NCBI GenBank assembly: GCA_949295085.1
Contig: CASFJS010000005.1
Coordinates: 69,707-133,706 of the forward strand
Origin: an uncultured Pseudomonadota bacterium
GTDB lineage: Bacteria > Pseudomonadota > Alphaproteobacteria > RF32 > CAG-239
Length of the DNA: 64,000 nucleotides
Reading direction: 5' to 3'
The translations under genes were made by a program, and so were the position numbers. Shown one piece after another: positions 10,035-16,835 of this stretch; the first letter of the stretch is position 1, and every line of letters begins with the position of its first letter. The notes below the pieces were generated by a model. The model did not search any database. It was not told where the DNA came from and saw only the letters and a list, made by a program, of their open reading frames with translations.

Positions 10035-10439
10035 TTAATAAAGCTCCTTTTTCATGGTGGCGACTTTATAACCGCTGTGCTCCAAATACTTGAAAAGCCT
10101 GTCGCCTAAATGGCTTCCCTGTATTAAAAATTTGCAATCCCACGCCTTCGCGATTTCTTCGATTTTGCGTTGGATCATTAAAAAAAGCCGGATATTCCGG
10201 CTTTCCTTTTTGGTGTAATAAGAAACGACGTGCATTTCCCGGTTACCCCAGACATCGGCTGCAGGTTCAAGAACGGCATACCAGTCCGGCTCAAAAATAA
10301 AGATATAATAGTCTTTCATGGCTGCAAAGTGACGCAAACACGCCTCATTTTGCGCAGATAGGCCAAATTCTTCGTTTACTGTCTCAATCCAGCCTTTGAT
10401 TGTTTCCATTGATGCGACACTTCCCAATAAAATATTCAT
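10035..10439 (-). CDS. Hypothetical protein, possibly GNAT-like acetyltransferase fold
   Basis: Track ORF trimmed to the ATG at 10439, preceded by GGGAGGG and 11 nt after the terminase stop. The C-terminal pattern (VVSYYTKKESRNIRLFLMIQRKIEEIAKAWDCKFLIQGSHLGDRLFKYLEHSGYK) is reminiscent of GNAT motif A/B. The Q/RxxGxG/A signature is not evident. Confidence 0.35.
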   Translation of the reverse strand: MNILLGSVASMETIKGWIETVNEEFGLSAQNEACLRHFAAMKDYYIFIFEPDWYAVLEPAADVWGNREMHVVSYYTKKESRNIRLFLMIQRKIEEIAKAWDCKFLIQGSHLGDRLFKYLEHSGYKVATMKKELY

Positions 10440-10449
10440 TCCGCCCTCC

Positions 10450-11937
10450 CTAATATCCAGCAATGGCAAACAAACTTTGTCCGGAGCTTTGTCTTTCTCG
10501 ATCTCTCCGGATAGATGTTTCATAACCGATACGAGCATTTACCGGTGCATATGCAACCTGATCCGTCATGGCAAACGCGTCGACACAGTCGATATATTCG
10601 CTCTTAATCGCGTCTTTTGTTACACCGGAAAGCTCCGTTTTGAATTCCCCTAGCCAATCGGCCTCATCGGGGAAATAAACGGTGTGCGCCTTAAATCTCG
10701 GCTGAAGCATCTTAATCCGCTCCAGTTTTGAACCTCTTTTGGCGTGTTCCAGCGGCACAACATTAAAAAATATGTTTCGGCGCTGCATTTCTTTTGTCAG
10801 GAACGGGCGCATAACCTGTTCCCACCAGCCTTTCTCGATATGAAAATCTTTAAGCCGATATTTGACAACCATATCAAAAATAATATTAACGATGTCCGCA
10901 CTGTCCCAGCGGCCGAACTTAACCTCAAACAAAAACCAGCGATTGTCAGCATCAACGCCAGTTAATGTTATGGCTCGATAGCAGCTTTCCGGATCAAGGC
11001 TTGACGCCGGATCAAGGCAGGCAAACAAGTTACAGCGCTTTATAATGTCCGGCGCTCTCCATGCCGAAAAGTAACGGAAATCCTCTTCTTGGAATACTTT
11101 GCTTTCTTCTGCAACGGCCACGCACATTTTTTCGGCCATCCAAATATCTAACTTGCCGATTTTGGCATAATTATTTCGTTCGGCCAAAATATCATTCAAA
11201 TTGTGCCGAGAAGGCCAGGAAGGCGCGCCATCGACAATTATCGGTACCCGAATAACCTTAAAACCGATCTCATCCTTCGAGGAAATGCACTTTTCCATAC
11301 AACAGCGTTCGCCTAAGTTATTTCCAATAAAGAAAATACGCGTGTGTTCGCCCAAAAAGATAATATCAGACAAAAACCAGTCCCAGTCAGTCGCTGTTAC
11401 CGTTTCTGATCTGGCGTCGTCCTTATCCTGTATATCGTCAAGGACAATAATTTTCGGGCGCCTGTCTTGAGAGTTCAGGCCTCGAATACCAGCTCCTTTG
11501 CCGTACGCTTCAATGCGGACATTAACCGTTTCCCCGTTTTCGTTTTTTACATCAACCGAGAAAACCTTGCTGTTTTCCTCACGGATAGCAACAAGGTTGT
11601 GCTGCAACAATGGATTTGATTTGTATTCATTAATAATATCTTTAAGCTTAGCGCTGGCAATCGGCTGATTTTGTTTGATGATAACCACAAAATCGCGGCT
11701 TGAATCCGGATAGGCCAGACAATGCAGCGGAAAAGCACGCAAAGCATAAGAGCTTTTACCACTTTCACGAAACATCTCGATTGCAACATGGCCTTTTTCA
11801 TGCAGCAAAAGATCAGAAAGCTGATAATGAAACGGCGCAGGTTCGCACTCATACTTGGGATCGTTGTACAAAACAACATCACGAAATGCGACGAGACTGT
11901 TTTTTAACTGTTTTTTTACTTCGTTTGACAGTATCAT
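10450..11937 (-). CDS. terL: Terminase large subunit
   Basis: 495 aa with Walker A-like FRESGKSS and Walker B-like IIVLDDIQD. It directly follows and overlaps the small-subunit gene. Confidence 0.85.
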   Translation of the reverse strand: MILSNEVKKQLKNSLVAFRDVVLYNDPKYECEPAPFHYQLSDLLLHEKGHVAIEMFRESGKSSYALRAFPLHCLAYPDSSRDFVVIIKQNQPIASAKLKDIINEYKSNPLLQHNLVAIREENSKVFSVDVKNENGETVNVRIEAYGKGAGIRGLNSQDRRPKIIVLDDIQDKDDARSETVTATDWDWFLSDIIFLGEHTRIFFIGNNLGERCCMEKCISSKDEIGFKVIRVPIIVDGAPSWPSRHNLNDILAERNNYAKIGKLDIWMAEKMCVAVAEESKVFQEEDFRYFSAWRAPDIIKRCNLFACLDPASSLDPESCYRAITLTGVDADNRWFLFEVKFGRWDSADIVNIIFDMVVKYRLKDFHIEKGWWEQVMRPFLTKEMQRRNIFFNVVPLEHAKRGSKLERIKMLQPRFKAHTVYFPDEADWLGEFKTELSGVTKDAIKSEYIDCVDAFAMTDQVAYAPVNARIGYETSIRRDRERQSSGQSLFAIAGY

Positions 11938-12364
11938 ATTTTTTAGCCTTTTCTTTTACAGCTTCCTCAAACAATGAATAAGTGCCGACTTTTGCTTCAA
12001 TTTCTGTTTTATCCGTCCATTTGTGGTTTTTGAGCCAGAAGATCGCTCCGGTTGCCCGTCCGATGTAAAGGTGTTGCTCCGCGTATTCTTCAATACGGGT
12101 TATTGCTTTTTTTATTACGCAAGAAAACTCCGGTCGGTCTTTATAATCATAAATGCTTTGTCTGTCTTCAAACCCAAGCGCGAGAGCCAGTCCGGCAATC
12201 GTCGGCGGATTTGGAATAAAAACCGGATTTCCCGATTTATCAGTTACCGCGTTCCCTTCGTCATCAGTTACAAGCTTATCGCCACAGCCTTCAAAATATT
12301 CATCGATTGCCGCCTGTAATTCTTTTGACGTCTTAAATTTTAATGGTCTTCCAGTCTTCCCCAT
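11879..12364 (-). CDS. terS: Terminase small subunit (gp3-type DNA-packaging protein)
   Basis: 161 aa. The N-terminus MGKTGRPLKFKTSKELQAAIDEYFEGC is the characteristic start of this terminase small-subunit family. It lies upstream of terL. Confidence 0.75.
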   Translation of the reverse strand: MGKTGRPLKFKTSKELQAAIDEYFEGCGDKLVTDDEGNAVTDKSGNPVFIPNPPTIAGLALALGFEDRQSIYDYKDRPEFSCVIKKAITRIEEYAEQHLYIGRATGAIFWLKNHKWTDKTEIEAKVGTYSLFEEAVKEKAKKYDTVKRSKKTVKKQSRRIS

Positions 12365-12423
12365 GAATTATCCTTTCGGGTTGCATGGAAAAAGAAAGGG
12401 CAGTTTGTTTTACTGCCCCTAAA

Positions 12424-12744
12424 TCATTTTCCTTTCTCTGTTAAATGTTCAAATTTCGGTTTTCCTCGAATAAGTTCGAGCAACTCATCGATTTTTCGAT
12501 TTGCTTTACTGGTTACTTCCTTAATTTCCTTATTTAAGGCAACAAGTGTCGGCAGCTTGTCAGATAACTGTTTCTCATTACCAGCGCACAGAGTAGCAAA
12601 ATTTTCACTCCAAACACCGTCATCGCCTTTAATCGCGTAGACCTCAAAGCCCTGACCGTTAATGGAGTGCCCGCAAACGACGCCGGCTTTGACCTTATTG
12701 TTTTCAATATCAGCAAAAAAGATTTTTTCCCCAAGTTTAAGCAT
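12424..12744 (-). CDS. Hypothetical phage late protein (106 aa)
   Basis: Track ORF 12424..12927 trimmed. Its K/R-rich first 60 residues are an out-of-frame shadow of the upstream gene. The ATG at 12744 (alternative 12750) follows GGAAGGAA. Confidence 0.5.
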   Translation of the reverse strand: MLKLGEKIFFADIENNKVKAGVVCGHSINGQGFEVYAIKGDDGVWSENFATLCAGNEKQLSDKLPTLVALNKEIKEVTSKANRKIDELLELIRGKPKFEHLTEKGK

Positions 12745-13174
12745 TGGCATTTCCTTCCGGTTCTTTCGGAGCTTCAGGTGTCGGTGTTTCGTCCTGAGTT
12801 TTCGGTTCGTCGCCGCCGTCCTCTTCTTTGGTCTTTGGTTCGTTTTCTTCCTTTCTTTCGGCAGCGGAGACAGCCTTTTCAGAGATCTTCTTTTCAGCTT
12901 CGGCGATTTCTTCCGCCAGCTTATCAATGCCTTTCAGGTGATAGCTCGGAATTTTCAGCTCTTTTGCCCGGGCGCGGATCTGCTCTTCCGACATTTTGGC
13001 GGCAGTTTGTGACGCTTCCGGTTCTTTCGGAGCTTCAGGGGCATTTTCAAAGCTTAGGACATCCACAACTTCGGCAATGGGCGCCAGATCTCCGTTATAA
13101 TCAAACTCTTTTCCGGCCTTAATAGTGGTTTTGCCGTCCGGAAGTGTCAGATCGTGTTTTGCTTTTAATTTCAT
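12737..13174 (-). CDS. First late-operon protein with Rho_N/SAP-like motif and acidic tail
   Basis: Track ORF trimmed to the ATG at 13174, preceded by AAGGAG. It contains EEQIRARAKELKIPSYHLKGIDKLAEEI (SAP/Rho-N-like) and a duplicated PEAPKEPE motif. Confidence 0.55.
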   Translation of the reverse strand: MKLKAKHDLTLPDGKTTIKAGKEFDYNGDLAPIAEVVDVLSFENAPEAPKEPEASQTAAKMSEEQIRARAKELKIPSYHLKGIDKLAEEIAEAEKKISEKAVSAAERKEENEPKTKEEDGGDEPKTQDETPTPEAPKEPEGNANA

Positions 13175-13283
13175 GGTAGACTCCTTTGTCTGGTTGATTT
13201 TGGTTTTGGTTGCGCGGGATGGACTTGCACCATCGGCCTCTTGGATATGAACCAAGCGAGCTGCTTCTGCTCCACCGCGCCAT

Positions 13284-13310
13284 AAAAAAAGCCGCCCGGC
13301 AACAGGCGGC
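13284..13310 (-). terminator. Intrinsic terminator between late promoter and first late gene
   Basis: The minus strand reads GCCGCC-TGTTGCCG-GGCGGC followed by TTTTTTT. It lies about 40 nt downstream of the TGCTATAAT -10 element and 110 nt upstream of the ATG at 13174. Confidence 0.7.
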
Positions 13311-13349
13311 TATGAAATAGAAATGAAAGAATTTATACTTTGTTCCCAC

Positions 13350-13384
13350 ATTATAGCAAAAATATACCACATTTTTTTGAAAAG
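13350..13384 (-). promoter_or_regulatory. Putative activator-dependent late promoter (extended -10, no -35)
   Basis: The minus strand has TGCTATAAT (13358..13350), an extended -10. The hexamer 17 nt upstream is A-rich, so there is no TTGACA-like -35. Four repeated boxes lie directly upstream. Confidence 0.55.
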
Positions 13385-13426
13385 TGTTGCATCAAAAATG
13401 TTGCAAAAGTGTTGCAAAGTGTTGCA
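13385..13426. repeat. Four direct TGTTGCA boxes (TGCAACA on the minus strand) upstream of the late promoter
   Basis: TGTTGCA occurs at 13385, 13399, 13410 and 13420 (spacing 14, 11, 10 bp), each followed by A-rich spacer. The boxes lie between the stop of the 138-aa regulator gene and the late -10 element. Confidence 0.8.
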
Positions 13427-13441
13427 AAAAATTAACCTTTA

Positions 13442-13858
13442 TTAAAAAGCAGTTAATTTTAACAAAATATCCTCAAGCCCGGACTTAAATTTTCGCCATA
13501 ATGTCGTCCTGTCAAGTTCTCGATCGGCGAGTTTCTTTTGTACGAGTCGCCGCGCCGTTCTTTTCCACCCCATACCGGAACAGCGGCACTTTACAACTTC
13601 GCGCTCCACTCCTCGCAAAGACGGCAGCCATTCAGACATCACCACCCGCCACAATTCCAGATCTTCGCGCGTCAGATTATGCCGGTCTTTTTCGCTATCC
13701 TCAATTAAATCTTCCAAAGATCTTTCCATATCCGGAATAATAATCATCTTCCCCAAAAGAGAGCCTGAATTTCCCGGGCGCACGGCCGGAAGGATCCTGT
13801 CCACCTCAAAAGCTCTGCGAATTGCGGCTTCAACCTCTTTAATCGTGTTAAATTCCAT
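13442..13858 (-). CDS. Putative late-gene regulator with sigma-70 region-4-like helix-turn-helix
   Basis: 138 aa. The C-terminal segment REVVKCRCSGMGWKRTARRLVQKKLADRELDRTTLWRKFKSGLEDI resembles region-4/LuxR-type HTH. It is the last gene before the late promoter boxes. Confidence 0.45.
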   Translation of the reverse strand: MEFNTIKEVEAAIRRAFEVDRILPAVRPGNSGSLLGKMIIIPDMERSLEDLIEDSEKDRHNLTREDLELWRVVMSEWLPSLRGVEREVVKCRCSGMGWKRTARRLVQKKLADRELDRTTLWRKFKSGLEDILLKLTAF

Positions 13859-13859
13859 C

Positions 13860-14432
13860 TCAAACCCCCGATTGGCGGAAACTCCGCCCCTTTAATTCAA
13901 AAATCAAAGCACCGCCGGTTAACCGGTCATAAATTCGCTGTCCCAAAATTCGCTGAAGTTCGGTTAATTTATGGTTGCTTATGGCTATAATCGGCAATTC
14001 CTCTTCATACCGGCGGTTAAAAACCGTGTACAGCTCCGTTCTTTCGCTGTCCGTGCCGTATTGAACGCCGATCTCGTCAATAATCAGCAGCGGGCAGGAA
14101 CAAAAACGCTCCATGTCCGAACAGCTTTTATCGTCCCAACTGTCGTGAATGTTATCGATAATTTCCTTAATTGAGCGATAAACAACCTTGTTTTCAGAAT
14201 ACCAGCGATAATCCGAACTGACGGAGCTTGTGTTGATTTCGGCCTGCGCGTTAAGGATTGCATAAGCAAGATGCGTCTTGCCGGTACCGACGCCGCCGAC
14301 AATAACGATGTTTTTGTTCCAGCCGTTCGTCAGGCCATCCCGCAAAGCCTCAATGAGGCGGCGTTGTTCTTCCGTATCGACGCGATAATTGTCGAGGCTG
14401 GCGTTCTGGAAGCGCTTGCAAACTCTTGTCAT
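13860..14432 (-). CDS. DnaC/IstB-like AAA+ ATPase (helicase loader)
   Basis: 190 aa with Walker A GGVGTGKTH and Walker B LLIIDEIG. An ATGA overlap couples it to the upstream replication-organiser gene. Confidence 0.8.
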   Translation of the reverse strand: MTRVCKRFQNASLDNYRVDTEEQRRLIEALRDGLTNGWNKNIVIVGGVGTGKTHLAYAILNAQAEINTSSVSSDYRWYSENKVVYRSIKEIIDNIHDSWDDKSCSDMERFCSCPLLIIDEIGVQYGTDSERTELYTVFNRRYEEELPIIAISNHKLTELQRILGQRIYDRLTGGALIFELKGRSFRQSGV

Positions 14433-15202
14433 AGCGGGATCCCTTCATCGTAACTTTCGGACTTAACGCCGGATTTGGGGATCAACGATTTTGCAGCAGC
14501 AATAGTCCGCTCTCGGGAAACCCAGCCGCGAACGGCAGCTTTCCAGTCCTTCATCTGGTTTTTGCCAACCATCCAGCCCTTCGAGGCGTAAAAATTCACA
14601 AAGGCCTCGGAAACGTCCGGATATTCGAGACCGTCGCAATATTTTTTCACATCTTCCGGATCCGGCGGTATAAAACGCGTTTTTTTCACTGGTGTTTTGG
14701 CCGCGATAACCTCTTCAAGGTCGACAATCATGTCCGTTTCATCGGCGGAAGTTTCGAGAGATAAGGGGGCCTTCTCTCCAGAGAAGGGGGGATATATTTT
14801 ATTTTTATTATTTTCTTCTCGGGGGTTTAAGGGGGGTGTCTTCTTTTCTTCTTTTTCTTTTAATTCATTTGATTTTTTTTGATTTTCGTTTGAAAAGCTT
14901 TGATTATCTTTGATTTCATTTGAATTTGTTTGAATTGTTTTGATTTCGTTTGAATTATTTTGATTAATTTTGATTATTTTTGATTTTGGCCGCCCTGCGC
15001 CCTCTCTCGATCCGCCTCTTTTTTCTTCATGATCCAAACTCGGCTTTATTGCAGCAATCAAAGCTTTGACAACCGTGTCGTCCGGCTCGACACCGTTGAA
15101 CGCATAATCGGTCATTGCATCATAAAATTTTAACCGTAAATCGTCCGGCAGCTTGTCGGCCGCTTCCTTAAAATTTTGCCAAAATATAAATTTTTCTTTC
15201 AT
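14429..15202 (-). CDS. Replication initiator / replisome organiser (lambda O-like role)
   Basis: The N-terminus is MKEKFIFWQNFKEAADKLPDDLRLKFYDAMTDYAFNG. The conserved phage C-terminus is FVNFYASKGWMVGKNQMKDWKAAVRGWVSRE. The central region carries the iteron array. A start at 15202 is preferred over the track start at 15229 because 15229 has no RBS. Confidence 0.7.
   Translation of the reverse strand: MKEKFIFWQNFKEAADKLPDDLRLKFYDAMTDYAFNGVEPDDTVVKALIAAIKPSLDHEEKRGGSREGAGRPKSKIIKINQNNSNEIKTIQTNSNEIKDNQSFSNENQKKSNELKEKEEKKTPPLNPREENNKNKIYPPFSGEKAPLSLETSADETDMIVDLEEVIAAKTPVKKTRFIPPDPEDVKKYCDGLEYPDVSEAFVNFYASKGWMVGKNQMKDWKAAVRGWVSRERTIAAAKSLIPKSGVKSESYDEGIPL
14870..14987. repeat. Iteron array: ~12 tandem 10-bp units TGAWTNNNTT (putative phage origin)
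   Basis: From 14891 to 14981, ten consecutive 10-mers start with TGA (TGAAAAGCTT TGATTATCTT TGATTTCATT TGAATTTGTT TGAATTGTTT TGATTTCGTT TGAATTATTT TGATTAATTT TGATTATTTT TGATTTTGGC). Two more copies lie at 14870 and 14880. Confidence 0.8.
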
Positions 15203-15270
15203 GTCCGCCCCATTTTTAAACGTTTGCAAATATAAAAATTAATGCTATGCTCCGTTAAAAGGAACAAAGC

Positions 15271-15474
15271 ATGGATACTAACGAACTTTATGCAGAAAAT
15301 CGCAGGCTCGAACGCGAACTTTACGAAGCCAAGCAGAGAATCGCCGATTACAAGGAAGCCCTGCACGGCGACGGCCGCAATTATGAACATCTGCGTCGCT
15401 TTCTTGCCCGGCGTTATCCCGAGGCTCTCCGCGAGTTTGAAGGGTTAACTCGAGCAACTGACGATAATTATTAA
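15271..15474 (+). CDS. Small coiled-coil protein (67 aa) encoded antisense within the leftward early operon
   Basis: AGGA lies 7 nt upstream of the ATG, and a possible promoter TTGCAA-16-TATGCT is at 15224..15251. First codon positions are G/A-rich, as in real genes. The overlapping minus frame is R/L/P/Q-rich, as in antisense shadows. Confidence 0.5.
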   Translation: MDTNELYAENRRLERELYEAKQRIADYKEALHGDGRNYEHLRRFLARRYPEALREFEGLTRATDDNY

Positions 15475-15568
15475 TCAACCGCTCCGAAATATCCAAAGCC
15501 TTTTCATACTCATTGATGAGGGCTTTCATTGTTTCGTAATCGTTCGTATTTACATCTCTCTCATTCAT
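15278..15568 (-). CDS. ORF at the cII position (96 aa), translationally coupled to cro-like gene
   Basis: The ATG at 15568 overlaps the cro-like TGA (ATGA). The first ~31 codons look protein-like (MNERDVNTNDYETMKALINEYEKALDISERL). The remainder overlaps the plus-strand ORF and looks like shadow sequence, so the true extent is uncertain. Confidence 0.4.
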   Translation of the reverse strand: MNERDVNTNDYETMKALINEYEKALDISERLINNYRQLLELTLQTRGEPRDNAGQESDADVHNCGRRRAGLPCNRRFSAWLRKVRVRACDFLHKVR

Positions 15569-15792
15569 TGCTCGGCCTCGTAACAATCAGAAATATCGAC
15601 ACCGGTCTTTTTGCAAAACTCCTCAATTACCGGAATACGCCATTGGGGGATGCAATTTTCCCAAGAATAAACTGTTGAAGAATTTGTGTTCATGTATTGG
15701 GCTAGCTTATAAAAACTGATTTTCTTTTTAAGCTTTTGCGGATTAAGGAAAACTTTTTTCTGTGTAGTTGCTGCCGTCTCCATATAAGCCAT
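15565..15792 (-). CDS. Cro-like HTH early regulator (75 aa)
   Basis: The track ORF starts inside the promoter. It is trimmed to the ATG at 15792, 9 nt after AAGGAG. The HTH-like segment is ISFYKLAQYMNTNSSTVYSWEN. It is the first gene of the leftward operon. Confidence 0.65.
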   Translation of the reverse strand: MAYMETAATTQKKVFLNPQKLKKKISFYKLAQYMNTNSSTVYSWENCIPQWRIPVIEEFCKKTGVDISDCYEAEQ

Positions 15793-15835
15793 TTCTCTAA
15801 GCTCCTTTGCTCGAATTTCGTTATACTCACAAACA

Positions 15836-15888
15836 GTATTACGAAAATCGAGTATTATTGTCAAGAGAAAAATATACGAAAATCGAGT
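15836..15888 (-). promoter_or_regulatory. Leftward early promoter with two 14-bp operators (PR-like)
   Basis: The minus strand reads ACTCGATTTTCGTA-N10-TTGACA-ATA[ATACTCGATTTTCG]-TAATAC. The -35 is at 15864..15859 and the -10 at 15841..15836, with a 17-nt spacer. Operator copies (plus-strand TACGAAAATCGAGT) are at 15840..15853 and 15875..15888. Confidence 0.75.
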
Positions 15889-15900
15889 TTGTTAAAAAAG

Positions 15901-15929
15901 TTGAAACTTTAATAAAAGTATGTTACGAT
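15901..15929 (+). promoter_or_regulatory. Putative repressor-maintenance promoter
   Basis: TTGAAA (15901-15906), a 17-nt spacer, then TACGAT (15924-15929). It lies 32 nt upstream of the repressor ATG and 13 nt from the operator at 15875..15888. Confidence 0.45.
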
Positions 15930-15960
15930 TTCCGATATATATTAAGAAGTAAATTGTAAT

Positions 15961-16344
15961 ATGAATAAAGAAGTAAAAAAACATTGGCTCACAAGGCGAC
16001 TTAAAGAACTCGGAAAGACAAAATCGGACTTTGCGAAAAAGCTTGATGTAAATAATGCTCGAATATATGAGCTTGAAAATGGTTTGTGGAAACTGCAAGT
16101 GTCTCATATAAAAAAAGCGGCAGAATTTCTCGAATTTGACCGCACAGCATTTCTTGATTTCATTTCCGGAGACATAACCGAAGACGAATTATGGAACTAC
16201 GAAAAGCCAGTTAAAATAACCGATGAAGACTTAGCCTTATTAAAGGCTGTAAAATCGATCGCTTCACGCCCGCAGACAACGATCGATTCTCCGGATTCTG
16301 AAAAATCGCCAACAGTATCGCCAAAGGCGGAGCGCAACCGATGA
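15961..16344 (+). CDS. CI-like phage repressor (XRE-family HTH, no S24 peptidase domain visible)
   Basis: 127 aa. The HTH segment is LKELGKTKSDFAKKLDVNNARIYELENG. It sits between the two divergent early promoters. Confidence 0.7.
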   Translation: MNKEVKKHWLTRRLKELGKTKSDFAKKLDVNNARIYELENGLWKLQVSHIKKAAEFLEFDRTAFLDFISGDITEDELWNYEKPVKITDEDLALLKAVKSIASRPQTTIDSPDSEKSPTVSPKAERNR

Positions 16345-16718
16345 ATTCAATGAGTAAAAAACAATATGCTATTGCTGCGGCAAAAATTGTAGGTGTTTTG
16401 TTCTTATTAGGATTTGGTGTCGATTCTTATAAGCAGGCTCCGGATAACACGATGGTTTTAATTGTTTCAGAAACAAAAGATTATTATCCTGCTACAGATG
16501 ATTATAAAAAATTTTTAGAAATACAGGGTTATGAATATAAAGTAACAACGCTAAAGGACGCCCGAAACAGCGGTCGGTGGGTGGAAAAGGATGCTAGAGA
16601 ACGCGGTTACTTTTTTCAGAAGGGAAGAAGTTTAAGTGGAAAACTTCTTGAAACTATAGGAATATTGCCGCCGCTTGCGTCACAATGGAATCCGGACGGA
16701 ACATGGAATTTTAAATAA
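16341..16718 (+). CDS. Membrane-anchored protein co-transcribed with the repressor (function unknown)
   Basis: 125 aa, with an ATGA overlap to the repressor stop. The N-terminal hydrophobic helix is AIAAAKIVGVLFLLGFGV, followed by a ~95-aa soluble domain with no motif I recognise. Confidence 0.65.
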   Translation: MNSMSKKQYAIAAAKIVGVLFLLGFGVDSYKQAPDNTMVLIVSETKDYYPATDDYKKFLEIQGYEYKVTTLKDARNSGRWVEKDARERGYFFQKGRSLSGKLLETIGILPPLASQWNPDGTWNFK

Positions 16719-16726
16719 ATTTCAAG

Positions 16727-16753
16727 AAGCTTCAAAGAAGAAGCTCTTTTTTT
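16727..16753 (+). terminator. Weak putative terminator after the immunity cassette
   Basis: A 6-bp stem AGCTTC/GAAGCT (16728-16733 with 16740-16745) with a 6-nt loop, followed by C and T7. The stem is short. Confidence 0.4.
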
Positions 16754-16835
16754 GATCTTATCCCTATAATCTTATCGTTTTTTGTAAAAAAAGATAAAAA
16801 AATAAAAATTCTTTATTTCGCTATTTCAAGGAGTT

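Noticed and set aside
14870-14987. The 10-bp tandem array as a CRISPR or minisatellite
   Set aside because: The units have no spacers, are far too short for CRISPR repeats, and lie inside the replication-initiator gene. The iteron/ori interpretation fits better.
15249-15260. 12-bp GCTCCGTTAAAA shared with 20109..20120
   Set aside because: Many 12-mer coincidences are expected in 64 kb on two strands, and the two contexts are unrelated.
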